A stretch of DNA of 64,000 nucleotides, taken from NCBI GenBank assembly GCA_024346625.1, contig AP024666.1:558001-622000 (forward strand), read 5' to 3'. Below, piece by piece: positions 12,372 through 24,339 of this stretch (position 1 is its first letter; each line of letters opens with the position of its first letter). The notes under the pieces are model-generated. The model saw nothing but the letters and a program-made list of their open reading frames with translations. It had not been told where the DNA came from and ran no database searches. The DNA is from Williopsis jadinii. Its lineage: Eukaryota. The position numbers and the translations under genes are program-made.

Positions 12372-13427
12372 ATGGACGACATCAAAAACGCATCAGAACT
12401 TGTTAACTCGGTCCTTGTTGCACGTGGTTATAATAATGATAGACTGCTATTCCCATCTATCGACACTGTGGAGGATGCTCAGGGCAACGATAGGGCGGTG
12501 CTGAACACGATATACGCTCTCTTACAGGAGCTGGACAAATCACAGAATGAACGGGCGTATCTGAACGAGGTTCTACATGACAAAAACGAGATCATAAAGC
12601 ATTTTGAGGACTCTAATACCGAGCTGAACTCTGCGACAAAACGGCTCCAGAGAGAGTTACAGTCCAACAGGAACGAAGTTGAACTGCTGAATCAGCGGGT
12701 AAAAGCTATTCACAGGTCTAGAGAAAGTGCCAAGTTTGAACTTGTTAAGGAACGTAACGTTGTCAACTCTTTGAAGACCAAATATGACACGGATATGCGT
12801 AGGAAGACGGTCATTATCGAACAACTCCAAGACAAACTTTTATCAAAGAGAAGGAAGTTCTTCAGTGTGATGAACGATAACAATTTTGCGGAGGATTCAC
12901 CACCCTTGTACGATTCAAAGATACAACTCGATAGAGAGCTGGAGTCTATGATGGTCAATTTGAGTGACTTAATCGATAAGCTCACTTTTGAAAACTCGTC
13001 TTCCGTTAAACTGCTCAATTTTGTCGTTGGCTACCTAACGGTCCTGAGCAACTACAAGAAACACGACACCTCAAACGTCCCACCTTCACCAAACTTTTTC
13101 CTTGAAAATTTGGAAAGAGAACGACAAGATGCAGATAAATCAACAAGCACTACACATATAAGGCATTTGACAAATAGTTCCAACTTGGAAAAGACGTTAA
13201 TAGAACAGTTGAACAAGTTATATGAAGGAGTCACCATGGATTTCATGATCTCTGAGAGAGAGAGTAAATCTCTTCAATCTTCCAAAGTGGTACAGTTACA
13301 ACAGACAGTTGAACAGTTACAAAAGAATCTCGACAGTGCCATTGAAACTAACGAAGAATGGCGCAGGAAATTCGATGGGATTCAAAGGAAATCCAACCCA
13401 CCGGAACAGAAATTGGCAAAACAATAA
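12372..13427 (+). CDS. Coiled-coil protein, probably ADIP family (Msd1/SSX2IP/Atg25-like)
   Basis: N-terminal 'NASELVNSVLVARGY...VLNTIYALL' followed by long heptad-rich helices; start at ATG 12372. Family assignment from memory only. Confidence 0.55.
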   Translation: MDDIKNASELVNSVLVARGYNNDRLLFPSIDTVEDAQGNDRAVLNTIYALLQELDKSQNERAYLNEVLHDKNEIIKHFEDSNTELNSATKRLQRELQSNRNEVELLNQRVKAIHRSRESAKFELVKERNVVNSLKTKYDTDMRRKTVIIEQLQDKLLSKRRKFFSVMNDNNFAEDSPPLYDSKIQLDRELESMMVNLSDLIDKLTFENSSSVKLLNFVVGYLTVLSNYKKHDTSNVPPSPNFFLENLERERQDADKSTSTTHIRHLTNSSNLEKTLIEQLNKLYEGVTMDFMISERESKSLQSSKVVQLQQTVEQLQKNLDSAIETNEEWRRKFDGIQRKSNPPEQKLAKQ

Positions 13428-13685
13428 TGACACGGTGGAATGCAAATGATATAGAAAAAACCATTGGTGGTGACATAAAAGAAAATCAGAATATTAAGAA
13501 TGAACGAATGGACGTGACACATGAAAAGGTGGTCGTTCCAGCCCCATGGTGATTAGCACATGAAATCTGTATAGATGTGCTTGCGTGTGTGAAAGATTGT
13601 ACACCAAACCCCAGGGGATGAAAACGACATGACGAATTATTCATAAGCAGCATAAAAGGATGATAAAAGAGGCATTTGGGGGTCC

Positions 13686-13979
13686 TCATATTAGTTTTTC
13701 ATCTGTGATTTCATCTGAATATCCGTCATCTTGGTATTCAATGTCATCCTCATCGTCATCTATTCCGAGCTTCATCTCCTCGTCCTCCTCTTTACAGCTG
13801 CGTAACTTCACAACGAGGAAAATCACAGTGATCAACAACACTGACAAAAGCATCGAAAAGAACATTATGAGCAGCATGGTGAAGCTCGAACATTCAACCT
13901 CTTCTTTGCTGATTGAGTATTCCGTCGAGGAAGACGTGAGCGACTCTGGGTATATGAGCTTGGCAATGTCAATGAACAT
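13686..13979 (-). CDS. Small single-pass membrane protein, unknown function
   Basis: 97 aa with ATG start, one hydrophobic stretch (FTMLLIMFFSMLLSVLLITVIFLVV) followed by KLR and an acidic tail. Confidence 0.5.
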   Translation of the reverse strand: MFIDIAKLIYPESLTSSSTEYSISKEEVECSSFTMLLIMFFSMLLSVLLITVIFLVVKLRSCKEEDEEMKLGIDDDEDDIEYQDDGYSDEITDEKLI

Positions 13980-16900
13980 TGTATCGGTTTTGATTCTTGA
14001 ACAATGGGTATCTCGGGACGTCTCGTGTCAAATATCGCGTATTCAAAACCGTTGAATACAAGTGAAATATGAAACAAAAACTAATTGGAGTAGTCTGTGA
14101 TGTTGTGGATATGTGTTGCTTATAAGGGGGAGAAACGGGAAATCTAACCAACTTTTTATACGAGTCAGCCCTTATTATTTTTTGGTCCTCTTTGCCCTTT
14201 TGTGTCTCACAAGATTCTGGGTTTTTTCTTGCTTTTGCCCTTTGCTTCACGGGCCGGTTATGCTTGAAATTATGCGTTACAGCCGCTTTAAACGATGTAC
14301 GCGTCTTCGGGCCTTTCGACTTTTTTTATTAATTTTGTTGGCTCTCTGTTAGAGGACTTTCTTAATCGGGTAATGTAATTAAATAAACCTGTGCGGAACG
14401 GCATGGCTAACGTTTATCAGATGTCAGATTTGACCGTTTTGCTCATTCCGTTGAACTGAAGGATTTTGGTTTGAAGCTTCTCAGCTCTTTCGCAAGTTCC
14501 GATGTTCGTTTTGTTTCTTGGTTTTCTTCCGCCTTGGAAATGACACAAAAGACGTAAGCGTCGGGAAACGCCAAAATGCAAACAGAGAGGTTCGATCGCG
14601 AGACAGGCTTTCTGGTATGGACAGAATGATCACACGTCTTGATGAGCGTAGAACCCTCTGTTCTGAATGAAGAGAGAGTGTGTATACGATGGGAAGTTAT
14701 GTTGGTGTTCAGCGGGGCTTCAGGTTGCTGAAAGGAGTGCGTATGTACATCGTACTACTATAGCACTAAGCTGGGATAATACAATGTACGCGAGACATGG
14801 TGTGAGGCTCAAAATGGGAAGAGAGTTAGGTACATTGGAGGGAAAAAGAGACCCCCGTCCCTTCGTTTAGAAAGAGAAAACGGGCCTTGGAGAAGAAAAA
14901 ACAGCTCAACATGCACGGCAGAATGAAGTGATTTTTGGTAGACGCAGGCGCCGGACGGCCAGAGGGTTCCTACTTATCCGGTGGGAAGAGGAAAAAACTT
15001 TTTACATGAGGGTACATTGTTACATAGCTTGCGTTAATTAATTACCTGCATTTAGGTCAAGTTGGACATGTTTTCAGTTAGCCCAATTGAGAAGGTCTTG
15101 TAAACTGTTTTGGATGAGGTGTTATCTTTTAGGTAAAGCAATCGGTTCTGACAGTGCTCTTAAAGTTGGGGTAAGTTGCCTAACAATTGTTAATGTGCAC
15201 CTCAATTTGTCGAACTGGTGTACATGTGAAGCTCATATAGACGGAACTGTCGATCTGTGAAAGACGTAGTGCCGGCATTTATTGTCTCCGTGTGTGTGTG
15301 TTTTCAACCCTTATGATCTTGTACACTATGTACTGTGTTACGCGTAAATCGCCATAGAGTTCAGCCGGGTCGTTGAAAGGAGAGACCTCATGGTGTTCTT
15401 TTAGGGTGTTTTTATGAAAAAAGTGTTGGGGCTTACTTTAGACTGTCATCTGGAATTGATGGGATTCCATTGTTCATAGGTGCAATTGGTGGATTCTAAT
15501 CTATTGAACCGCCTATGCGCATATAAATTAAGATATACAGTAGGCAAATATTCTGATCGCTGTTGAAGCACATTTACCGAAAGCAAGGTCAACGGCCATG
15601 GTGAAAGTGGCTAACAGAGTATCACTAACTTCATCACAGTGTGTAATTACTATCTTCAAGATGGACTCCCTACATATATATACAAACATCTATGCTGTGT
15701 TCACGACTCATTTCCATAGAGTTCACTATTGTAATAGTCATGATGAAATTAATCATCTCATCCCAGATGGTGGGCTCAAAATGTATAGCTTTTGATCTGA
15801 ATACTCAGACATCTGTTAAGATCTAAACTGTTCACAAGTGTGTGGAATCCTGATACAGCTGCTCAGAGGGAAAGCTCGCTGAGGAATTTACAAATGTTTC
15901 AAAGCTCAACAACATCCCAAACCTATGATCTTCCTAACATCCAATCAGTATGTAAACCTGTGTTTCAAGCAGCACTATTAATCAGTTAAGTGAGATGGCC
16001 TTGGCTTTCATGTTCGTTGAAGTATACGACTTCGAGTCTGTTGGACTCTGAAGAAAATGCTTCTACGATGTAAGCTATCCGGGTTCGGAGGTGATTCTAA
16101 TTACTTCCTATGACTGTCGTGCATTCTGACACTAGTTCGGCTTTATCTTTTGTCAAGGCTATTGTTCTGCTACTGCTTTAACTCCGGCTTGGGATCTTTA
16201 ATCTTGGTGTCCAGGTGTTCCCGTCACCCAGACAACGTGACTTATATAGTCTCAACATGCAAGCTTAAATTGAGCTACCAATAATGTCTACCGATGAACT
16301 TGAAATACTACTCAGAAATATACAATACAACCTCCCAACTTTTTGGATGTATCATCTGTTGGTTCAGGTCAGAATTACTAAAGAACTATATCCTGTCCGA
16401 TATTTGCTATTTCTCAAATTTTAATTAGTCTTCTGCTTTCCCTGAAGAATAATAAACCTGTCTTAAAATCTGCAAAAATCTACATAACTAGGTACTTTTG
16501 TTTATTATAAACGCATTGATACTGAAGCTTCACTAGAACTATGATAAATTCTGATTAGTCATACGAGAGAATACATATTACCAAGTCTGTGATGACAATG
16601 ATTCCAATTTAGTTCATGTTGAACTGCCATATTATAACAATAACGTAGCACGCGTCGTGTTCTCTATCTGATCTTCGTAAAGTCGCAAGAAGTCAACATT
16701 ACAGAAAGATGCATAGGTGTCTCGATTGAAACGATCTTTAGTTTAAGAGTTTTACCTGAGAAAGTCAGCGAATGAGATGAGCGTGGATTTCACCTTCTTT
16801 ACAAATGAGGGATGAAAAAGCATGACCAACCTTTAGTGTTAATTGAAAGACGTATGGCAGAGAATTCACACGATAAACGATTATTAACCATGACACTAAA

Positions 16901-17779
16901 CGGTATATAGTGATGGTTGTAGAGTAGTTGTAGCAAAAGTGTCCACTTTCATTCTTGTAAAAGACAGAAGATAAAGTGTGTTTGAGGATCCAAGAGATTT
17001 ATACTATTTTCCTTCTTGAGGTGTAATGCAACTGGACTTAAATTACATCTAGTTTATCCATGTTGTTTTATGAGGCGAAGAGTCGTGTGTTCATGTTTAC
17101 CAGGAACCAGAACTTTCATGCTTGTAACTTTTAACTTATGAGAAATTATTATAGAGATTCCATCAATTAGGAATCATTGATAGTAAGAATTCTTGCATTT
17201 GTTTGTACTTTGATCCAACCATACGCTTGGTGATACTTTCCCAAGTGTTATAACTTCTGCAAGCGCTAGTCAACTTGCATGACTTGATTATGTGAGTGAA
17301 CTGCGCAGCTTGGATATACACAACCGGAGTGAAGCCGTAAAGTTAAATAATTGACCCAGAGAACTATAATATTCAACGGTGTGGTTAGATCTGAAGAGCT
17401 ATGGCCTGAGGTATAATTGGTTGAACCTTTGGCGAACTTCCCAAATACATCTCATGTCAACGTTGTATTACTCCAATCATTTGTCGGACTGATATAATCG
17501 CCAGTGAATTCATACATAACAGTGATTGATAAGTAGACCATTCAAAGCCTTTGCGACTTTGCTAGGACATTCAGCTCAGATTGGAGAACATCAATTGGGA
17601 CGGACTGCTGGAGTAAACCATTTCTAGTAAGCCAGAGAATGGGTCTCTGTCTGTCTGGCGAATATGATAGACATGATTCTGATGTCCAACTACGATCAAC
17701 TTTTAAAATGAGCATACAGTCCAGGTTAACAACTTTGGTATAGCATCAGAACTATTCATTACAGTAAGAAACGTTTTAA

Positions 17780-19288
17780 TCACAACTTGCTACCCTCAAG
17801 ATCCAAGTTGACATGCACAGCTTTTGTCTGGGTATAGATCAATAGACCTTTCTCACCCAATTCACGGCCACTACCTTCACCACTTTGCTTGTAACCACCG
17901 AAACTTGCCCTCACATCTTCATCGTTACTAGAGTTGATCCAAACAGTACCAGCTTGCAATCCTGCTGCGAATCTGTGTGCCCTCTTGATATTCGTTGAAA
18001 AGACAGCAGAACCCAGTCCATATGTGGTATCGTTAGCCAATTGTAGAGCTTCATCGTATGTGGAGAATTTGCATACAACTGCAACAGGTCCAAAAATTTC
18101 CTCTTTCCACAATTTAGAAGTAGTTGGAACGTTGATGAACACAGTTGGTGGAATATAGTAACCTTCAGCCTTGACTGGTTCATTCCCCATGAATCTCTCC
18201 AATTTCTCAACGTTCAAACCGTGGTCAATATAAGATTGGACACGGTCTCTTTGAACCTTTGAGACAAGTGGACCAACAGTGACCTTTGGGTCGAAAGGAT
18301 CACCGACAATCCAGTTAGAGTCAACGTAGTCCTTGAACAATTGCAAAAACTTGTCGTGGACGGACTCATGAAGGATAATTCTTGAGTTAGCAGTACAGTT
18401 CTGACCACTGTTGTAGAAGATACCCAATGAGGCATGTCTGACAGCACTTTCCAAATCGGCATCCTCAAAAACGACACATGGTGATTTACCACCACATTCT
18501 AAGGTGACTGCCTTCAAGTTCGAAGCCGAAGCCATCTGTTGGATCAATTTCCCCACTGCTGTAGAACCCGTGAATGCAACTTTGTCAATATCCATGTGAC
18601 TTGCAATTGCTGAACCAGCTTCTTTACCCCAGCCCGAGATAATGTTGACCACACCGGGTGGGAATCCTGCCTCAATGATAAGGTTACCAAAGTACAACAA
18701 ACTCAATGGAGTGTTTTCAGCAGATTTGATAACAACGGTGTTACCAGCAGCAATTGCACCGAGGATCTTCCATTGTGCCATTGCTAATGGGTAGTTCCAT
18801 GGAACGATTTGTCCAACGACTCCATAAGGTTCTTGGACCTCGTAGACAAACTTATCAGCATTGATCTGGGTATATTTACCAGGAACTTTGTCTGTATAAC
18901 CGGCATAGTAACGACAAAGCGAAGCAGATTGTGCAATGTCGTTCAAAGCATTGTTTTCAAATGGTTTACCGGCATCGATAGCATCAATTTTTCCGAGGAT
19001 CTCCCCATTCTTCTCCAGGAGATCGGCCAGCTTCCACATGAGCTTACCCTTATCGCTTGGTTCGATGTGCTTCCATGTCTTGTTATAAGCCTCTCTCGCA
19101 ACTTGAACGGCCTTGTCAACATCTTCAGCACTAGCAGCATGCACCGATGTAATCAATTTCGTGGAATGTGGAGAGTAGGACTCAATCAACCCGCCTGTAC
19201 CTTGGACAAACTCGTTGTTGATGAACAGACCCAATGGCTGTTCGTATTTCGTGCCATCTGGCAGTGTAATGGTCTCAGACAGCGACAT
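17780..19288 (-). CDS. ALD2: Aldehyde dehydrogenase, ALD2/ALD3 type, ends in -SKL
   Basis: GQIVPWNYP, FTGST, TLECGGKSP, GIFYNSGQNCTANSR (ALD2/3-type signature), EEIFGPV; ATG at 19288. Confidence 0.88.
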   Translation of the reverse strand: MSLSETITLPDGTKYEQPLGLFINNEFVQGTGGLIESYSPHSTKLITSVHAASAEDVDKAVQVAREAYNKTWKHIEPSDKGKLMWKLADLLEKNGEILGKIDAIDAGKPFENNALNDIAQSASLCRYYAGYTDKVPGKYTQINADKFVYEVQEPYGVVGQIVPWNYPLAMAQWKILGAIAAGNTVVIKSAENTPLSLLYFGNLIIEAGFPPGVVNIISGWGKEAGSAIASHMDIDKVAFTGSTAVGKLIQQMASASNLKAVTLECGGKSPCVVFEDADLESAVRHASLGIFYNSGQNCTANSRIILHESVHDKFLQLFKDYVDSNWIVGDPFDPKVTVGPLVSKVQRDRVQSYIDHGLNVEKLERFMGNEPVKAEGYYIPPTVFINVPTTSKLWKEEIFGPVAVVCKFSTYDEALQLANDTTYGLGSAVFSTNIKRAHRFAAGLQAGTVWINSSNDEDVRASFGGYKQSGEGSGRELGEKGLLIYTQTKAVHVNLDLEGSKL

Positions 19289-19865
19289 TAGCAATCTTTG
19301 GGCTCTGGATATTCAATTGAATAAAAAATATAGTATAACCAAACGTTTCCAGGAGAATATCCCAGAAAAGGCGATGCACATTGGCTTTTATATCTTCCCT
19401 GCCTTCTCTTTCCCCCGGAAGATTGATAAGCAGAGAGCCACAGGTTAGTCCGAGTGAAAAAAAAAATTGGAGACTCCAGCGCATCCCAGCAACGGTGATG
19501 TTTCCCCTGTTCTTTCACCATCCGGAATACGAAATCCGCATTAATATGAGCATTGAAGCTTTTGAAAGCTCATCTACTATTTATGGCTACAAGTGACAGT
19601 TCACAGAGAGCTTTCGTCTTTTACAAGAAATAGTCCTTAAAAGCAGAGTCAAATTCTTGCTGATGGTCTCCGTGGTTCCAGCTCAATCGCCATGAAATTT
19701 CCGTTGCTATTTTGCGTCGGTCTGGGCTCAACCTTCCGTATTGGGATTGGCGTTGAGACGTGTATACAAAAGATGAGTAGAGAAAAAGCGTACGTACCGC
19801 ATAGCAATACGGGTGTGTAGTGAAAGGTGTAATTATACGTATGAATCTATGTGAGGACCTTGCTA

Positions 19866-20450
19866 TTAGACAGCGTCGCCGTTCTCCTCGGCAATCAGCT
19901 TCTTGGACACTGCTAAATGTTGCACCAATTTGTCATTGCCCTCGTGGAAGCAGAGCCCTCTTTCGAACACCACCCTCGCCTCGTCGTATCTGCCCAAGTT
20001 TAATAGCGCTATACCCTTTCTCAAAAAGTTCTCAGCCGTTAGCGCCGTCATCAGCAGTAACAGATCAGCATCTACTAGTGCATCTGCGTATTTGGCACTC
20101 AGCATATAGGCATCGGTTCTGAGCTGTAGAAATCCAATCAACTCTTGCAATTGTACTTGGAAGGCCTCCCATCTCTTTCTTCTAGAAGCAGCGTCAATGG
20201 CCACCGTGATGTTCTTAATGGCTTCAGCGTACGCACGTCTCTTCATAGCATCCATGGCTGAGTTGACCAGCTTCTGAATCATGGCGGTCTGCTGTTTAGA
20301 AGGTTCCCCGTTCTCTGGAACCTCTAATCCAGAACTGACGAGGTCTTTAGTCAATCTGTTCAACGCATCGACTTCTTCAATGTATCCCTCACTTGTGTCT
20401 AAGGCACTGACGTGCTTCGTTACAGGATCATAGGAAAGATTAGCAGCCAT
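19866..20450 (-). CDS. SEC72: Sec63 complex TPR subunit
   Basis: 194 aa; R..WEAF.VQL.EL, TPR helices, FERGL, C-terminal AEENG. Confidence 0.9.
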   Translation of the reverse strand: MAANLSYDPVTKHVSALDTSEGYIEEVDALNRLTKDLVSSGLEVPENGEPSKQQTAMIQKLVNSAMDAMKRRAYAEAIKNITVAIDAASRRKRWEAFQVQLQELIGFLQLRTDAYMLSAKYADALVDADLLLLMTALTAENFLRKGIALLNLGRYDEARVVFERGLCFHEGNDKLVQHLAVSKKLIAEENGDAV

Positions 20451-20767
20451 CTTATCTTCTTATCAACCTCGTCGTTCTATTCGCTTTAAGAGCTGTAGTC
20501 GTTTCTCGAAGATGCTTTTGAACCGCCTTTTTACTTTTGTATTCGTGTTAAAAAAACACAGGCGAATAAAATGTACAAAAGCGGAAAGTGTCAAAACTCA
20601 GCAGATTTCCTAAAACAGACATTTCACGACAGAGATCCTCAGCCAGACCTATATGATGGCTTTTACTAGAAATACTTACACAGCTACAAAGCAGGTCAAA
20701 TGTCATAAAAAGGTTTCGAATTAAACGTTAAATGGTAAGATTTAAAGGTCCCTACTGTCTAAAAAAT

Positions 20768-22177
20768 TTAGACTGGCAATGGGAACTCACCAGCCCATTC
20801 GTAGATCTCTTGCTTCTTCTTGGACAATTCCTCAGAACCAGCAGCGACCTTGGCCTTGAAGTCTTTCAATCTGTTAGCATCCTTTGGCAAAGCAGCTTGA
20901 ACCTCCTTAGCGTAGTTGACAGCCCAGTCAATGTAGTGAGCAACCTTCTTGAAGTCCTCCTCACCCAAACCTCTGGTGGTCATGGCTGGGGCACCGATAC
21001 GGACACCACCTGGGACCAAAGCGGACTTGTCACCTGGGATGGAGTTCTTGTTCAAGGCAATGTTGATGTTTTCACAGACAGTTTCGATTCTGGCACCGTC
21101 AATACCCTTGTCTCTCAAAGAAACCAAAACCATATGGGAATCGGTACCGTTAGAAACCAATGTGTAGTTCAACTTCTTGAATTCCTCTTCCAAGGCCTTT
21201 GCGTTCTTCAACACTTGTTCTTGGTACTCCTTGAACTCTGGGGTAGCCGCTTGCTTCAAGGCAGTGGCCAAAGCAGTGATGGTATGGTTGTGTGGACCAC
21301 CTTGGTGACCTGGGAAGACGGAGAAGTTAATTGGGTTCTCCAAGTCATAGAGGATCTCCTTACCGGTCTTTGGGTTAACAGATCTGACACCTCTTCTGAA
21401 GAAGATCATGGCACCTCTTGGACCTCTGAGGGACTTGTGGGTGGTGGTGGTGACGATATCAGCGTATTCGAATGGAGATGGGATGACACCAGCAGCGATC
21501 AAACCAGAGATGTGGGCCATGTCGACAACCAAGTAGGCACCAACCTTGTCAGCAATCTCACGCATTCTCTTGTAGTCAATCAATCTACAGTAAGCAGATG
21601 TACCGGCAACCAAAACCTTTGGTCTGAACAAAATGGCGTTCTTCTCCAAAGTGTCGTAGTCAATGATACCGGTTTCCAAGTCAACTCTGTATGGCATGGT
21701 CTCAAAGTAAGTGGAGACAGCAGAGATCTTTCTGGTGTCGGTTTGGTAACCGTGGGACAAGTGACCACCGTGTGGCAAGTCCAAACCCATCAATCTCTCG
21801 TGTGGCTTCATGATGGCTTGGTACACTTGCAAGTTGGCTGGAGAACCGGACAAAGTTTGCACGTTAACTCCCCACTTCTCCTTGTCCAAGTGGAAGGCAT
21901 CGAGAGCTCTTTGTTGACACAAGAGTTCGATTCTGTCAATGTGCTCGTTACCACCGTAGTAACGGGCACCTGGGTAACCTTCAGAGTACTTGTTACACAT
22001 TGGGGTTCCAAGAGCATCGAAAACAGCAGTGGAGGTGAAGTTCTCAGAGGCGATCAGAACAATGGAGTGTCTCTGTCTCTCAATCTCATCCTTGATGATG
22101 GATTCAACTTCTGGATCAGTGTCCTTGAGGTGACCCTCAATGAGTTGCTTGTGAGCTTGGGAAAGTGCGTAAGGCAT
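20768..22177 (-). CDS. SHM2: Cytosolic serine hydroxymethyltransferase
   Basis: [35 protein letters not shown] (PLP lysine); 469 aa; no presequence. Confidence 0.97.
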   Translation of the reverse strand: MPYALSQAHKQLIEGHLKDTDPEVESIIKDEIERQRHSIVLIASENFTSTAVFDALGTPMCNKYSEGYPGARYYGGNEHIDRIELLCQQRALDAFHLDKEKWGVNVQTLSGSPANLQVYQAIMKPHERLMGLDLPHGGHLSHGYQTDTRKISAVSTYFETMPYRVDLETGIIDYDTLEKNAILFRPKVLVAGTSAYCRLIDYKRMREIADKVGAYLVVDMAHISGLIAAGVIPSPFEYADIVTTTTHKSLRGPRGAMIFFRRGVRSVNPKTGKEILYDLENPINFSVFPGHQGGPHNHTITALATALKQAATPEFKEYQEQVLKNAKALEEEFKKLNYTLVSNGTDSHMVLVSLRDKGIDGARIETVCENINIALNKNSIPGDKSALVPGGVRIGAPAMTTRGLGEEDFKKVAHYIDWAVNYAKEVQAALPKDANRLKDFKAKVAAGSEELSKKKQEIYEWAGEFPLPV

Positions 22178-22248
22178 ATCGAATTGGTTACGGTTAGATA
22201 CAAAGGCAAATGTAGCAGGAGAGGAAGAAGAAGCGGAATCCCGACATC

Positions 22249-22417
22249 CTTTATAAAATTTTCATGAGCAGTGATGGAGGAAGTTTTTCACGTGCATCAA
22301 CCATCGATTAATTACAGAGCAAATTGGGCCTGACTTCCTGAGTCAGAAAAAAAAAAGTCCCCCTAACAAAAGAAAAACTGATGCAACAGTTCACCTCTGC
22401 AATCTAAGACCGAGTCA
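22249..22417. promoter_or_regulatory. SHM2 promoter: TATA, Cbf1-type TCACGTG, Gcn4/Bas1-type TGAGTCA and GAGTCA
   Basis: TATAAAG (minus strand, 22255-22249), TCACGTG 22288-22294, TGAGTCA 22339-22345, GAGTCA 22412-22417. Consistent with Bas1/Gcn4 control of SHM2 in S. cerevisiae. Confidence 0.65.
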
Positions 22418-22553
22418 GCGATATCTAAGCAACAGAGTACAGGTTATGCAAGATGCCTTTATGTGCGTGTATTCGGTTTTATGACCTCGAAGTGCAAAGA
22501 GATGACACATAAAATTGACGTAATTTGTTCTTTTTTGACCCTTTTTGCTTCCT

Positions 22554-23822
22554 TCACTTCTTTTGATCCTCCAATGCCTCGGTGATGACTCTGATCGCGG
22601 TGTCGATGTGGCCCAGCGAGTCGTCGAGGGCGCTCACACCCATGTGGCCGACTCTGAAGTACTTGCCAACGAGCTGCTTGTGGATACCACCTGCAATGAC
22701 GACGCCCTTTGCGTAAACGTCTGAGATGAACTTTCCGCCGTCGATTCCCTCTGGGAAGTAAGCAGCGGTCAAACCACTGGCTGCGACTGTTTCGTTGACC
22801 GGGACGATACCGACACCGAGGTCAGCCAAGGCCGCTTTGAATTTCTGGGAAGTTTGCTTGTTCTTTGCAAATCTGGCATCGAGACCGCTCTCGAGGATCT
22901 CCTCTAGCGATACGTTCAACGCGTTGACTGTTTGGATAGCTGGGGTAGCAAAGTAGGAAGGCTTGCCAGCCTCGTAGTTCACCAAGATTGGCAGCCATCT
23001 TTGCAAGGAGGCAAAGAAAGTGGACTGCGTTGGTCTGTTAAGGGCTCTTTCGACAGCTCTCTCGGAGAGGAACCCAATGGACAAACCAGATGGAACACCA
23101 ATGGCCTTTTGGGAGGCGGACAAGACGTAATCCAAGCCCCATTTAGTGAATTCAATGTCCTCAACACCAACAGAACAGACTCCGTCAACAACAATCAAAG
23201 TTTCTGGGGAAACTTTCTTCACAACTGCAGCGATTGCCTCCACATCGGAGACGACCGCGGTTGATGTATCAACGTGGGTGATAGTGATAACCGAGTACTT
23301 CTTCTCTTGCAATTTCTTAGCAATGTCATCGTTTGGAACAACGTCTCCAACTGGAGCAGTAAGAACGTCAACGTTGGCACCGTAAACTCTCAAACACTCT
23401 GCAAAGGAGTCAGAGAAGAAACCAGTGGATAGCACCAAAACGTTATCCCCAGGGTACACCAAGTTTGAAGCAGTAATATCCCAACCAAGGGTACCAGAGC
23501 CGGCAATGACGACACCTTGATCCTTTGCATTGGTTGATTTGAACAACTTACGCAAGTTCTTCAAGGTGTTCTGGAAGATCTTGATGAACTCTGGAGAAGT
23601 GTGTGCCAATGACTGGATAGCCTGTGCCTTTCTAACGGCTTCAGAGATAACGATTGGACCTGGAATCAATAGCAATTTTTCAGTGTCAGACATTTTGTGT
23701 GTAGTAGTGGAGAAGGGGGATTTGTTAAACAATGGATAAAACCTCTGGAAATTGTTGCCTTTTATAGCTGAAGCACGAAACAGATTACGGGTTGCTGAAA
23801 CTGCACAACGGCTTTGGATCAT
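22554..23822 (-). CDS. AGX1: Alanine:glyoxylate aminotransferase (class V PLP enzyme)
   Basis: LLLIPGP, GSGTLGWD, THVDTST, VVDGVCS, SASQKAIG, YFATPA, FRVGHMG; second in-frame ATG at 23693. Confidence 0.94.
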   Translation of the reverse strand: MIQSRCAVSATRNLFRASAIKGNNFQRFYPLFNKSPFSTTTHKMSDTEKLLLIPGPIVISEAVRKAQAIQSLAHTSPEFIKIFQNTLKNLRKLFKSTNAKDQGVVIAGSGTLGWDITASNLVYPGDNVLVLSTGFFSDSFAECLRVYGANVDVLTAPVGDVVPNDDIAKKLQEKKYSVITITHVDTSTAVVSDVEAIAAVVKKVSPETLIVVDGVCSVGVEDIEFTKWGLDYVLSASQKAIGVPSGLSIGFLSERAVERALNRPTQSTFFASLQRWLPILVNYEAGKPSYFATPAIQTVNALNVSLEEILESGLDARFAKNKQTSQKFKAALADLGVGIVPVNETVAASGLTAAYFPEGIDGGKFISDVYAKGVVIAGGIHKQLVGKYFRVGHMGVSALDDSLGHIDTAIRVITEALEDQKK

Positions 23823-24339
23823 TTATAAAAAAGAAGAGAAAAAGAAAGATTAAAACGTTGGCAAAGGGGACAAGGTGTGGAGAGGAGAGTTCCATTGGTA
23901 TTTATACTGTTTCATTCCACGTACGTTAGTCACCGTACGTAAATTTTCGTGCCGATGAGGGATTGATGGAGGCTCTGCTCGACAAACTTCGAAACGGGAC
24001 CAGTCCTGTCATCTTCACCCTAATACAAGCGTGAGAATCTCTCGGAAAAGGCCGAGTGGTGTTATCAGTAACGAACCACAGGACAAACCTGCGATATACA
24101 GTTCTATCTACAATATGAACCTTTACACAATCCAATTGATGCTATCCATGCTGACGATATCCCACCATCAAGCGAGACATTTCGTCCCCAAATGGTTAAC
24201 AGGTTCCCCCAACCCCTTCTTCCCCCACGAGCTTTCAACGCCTATAATTCTCTCCATTCGACCGAGCTCTTTCGAAAGCGTCGGAACTAAGATCGCTGAC
24301 ACTTCGGAAGTGTCGGAATTGTCGGTGTTAGTCGGGGAT

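Noticed and set aside
16225..16234. CACCCAGACA as a possible telomerase RNA template
   Set aside because: A 10-mer in any permutation is expected by chance in a window this size; no downstream Sm site found, and the host telomere repeat is unverified.
20732..22267. 511-aa antisense ORF over SHM2 (and similar antisense ORFs over YRB1, ALD6, RIX7 and PRP5)
   Set aside because: Mirror frames of strongly codon-biased genes; no protein motifs.
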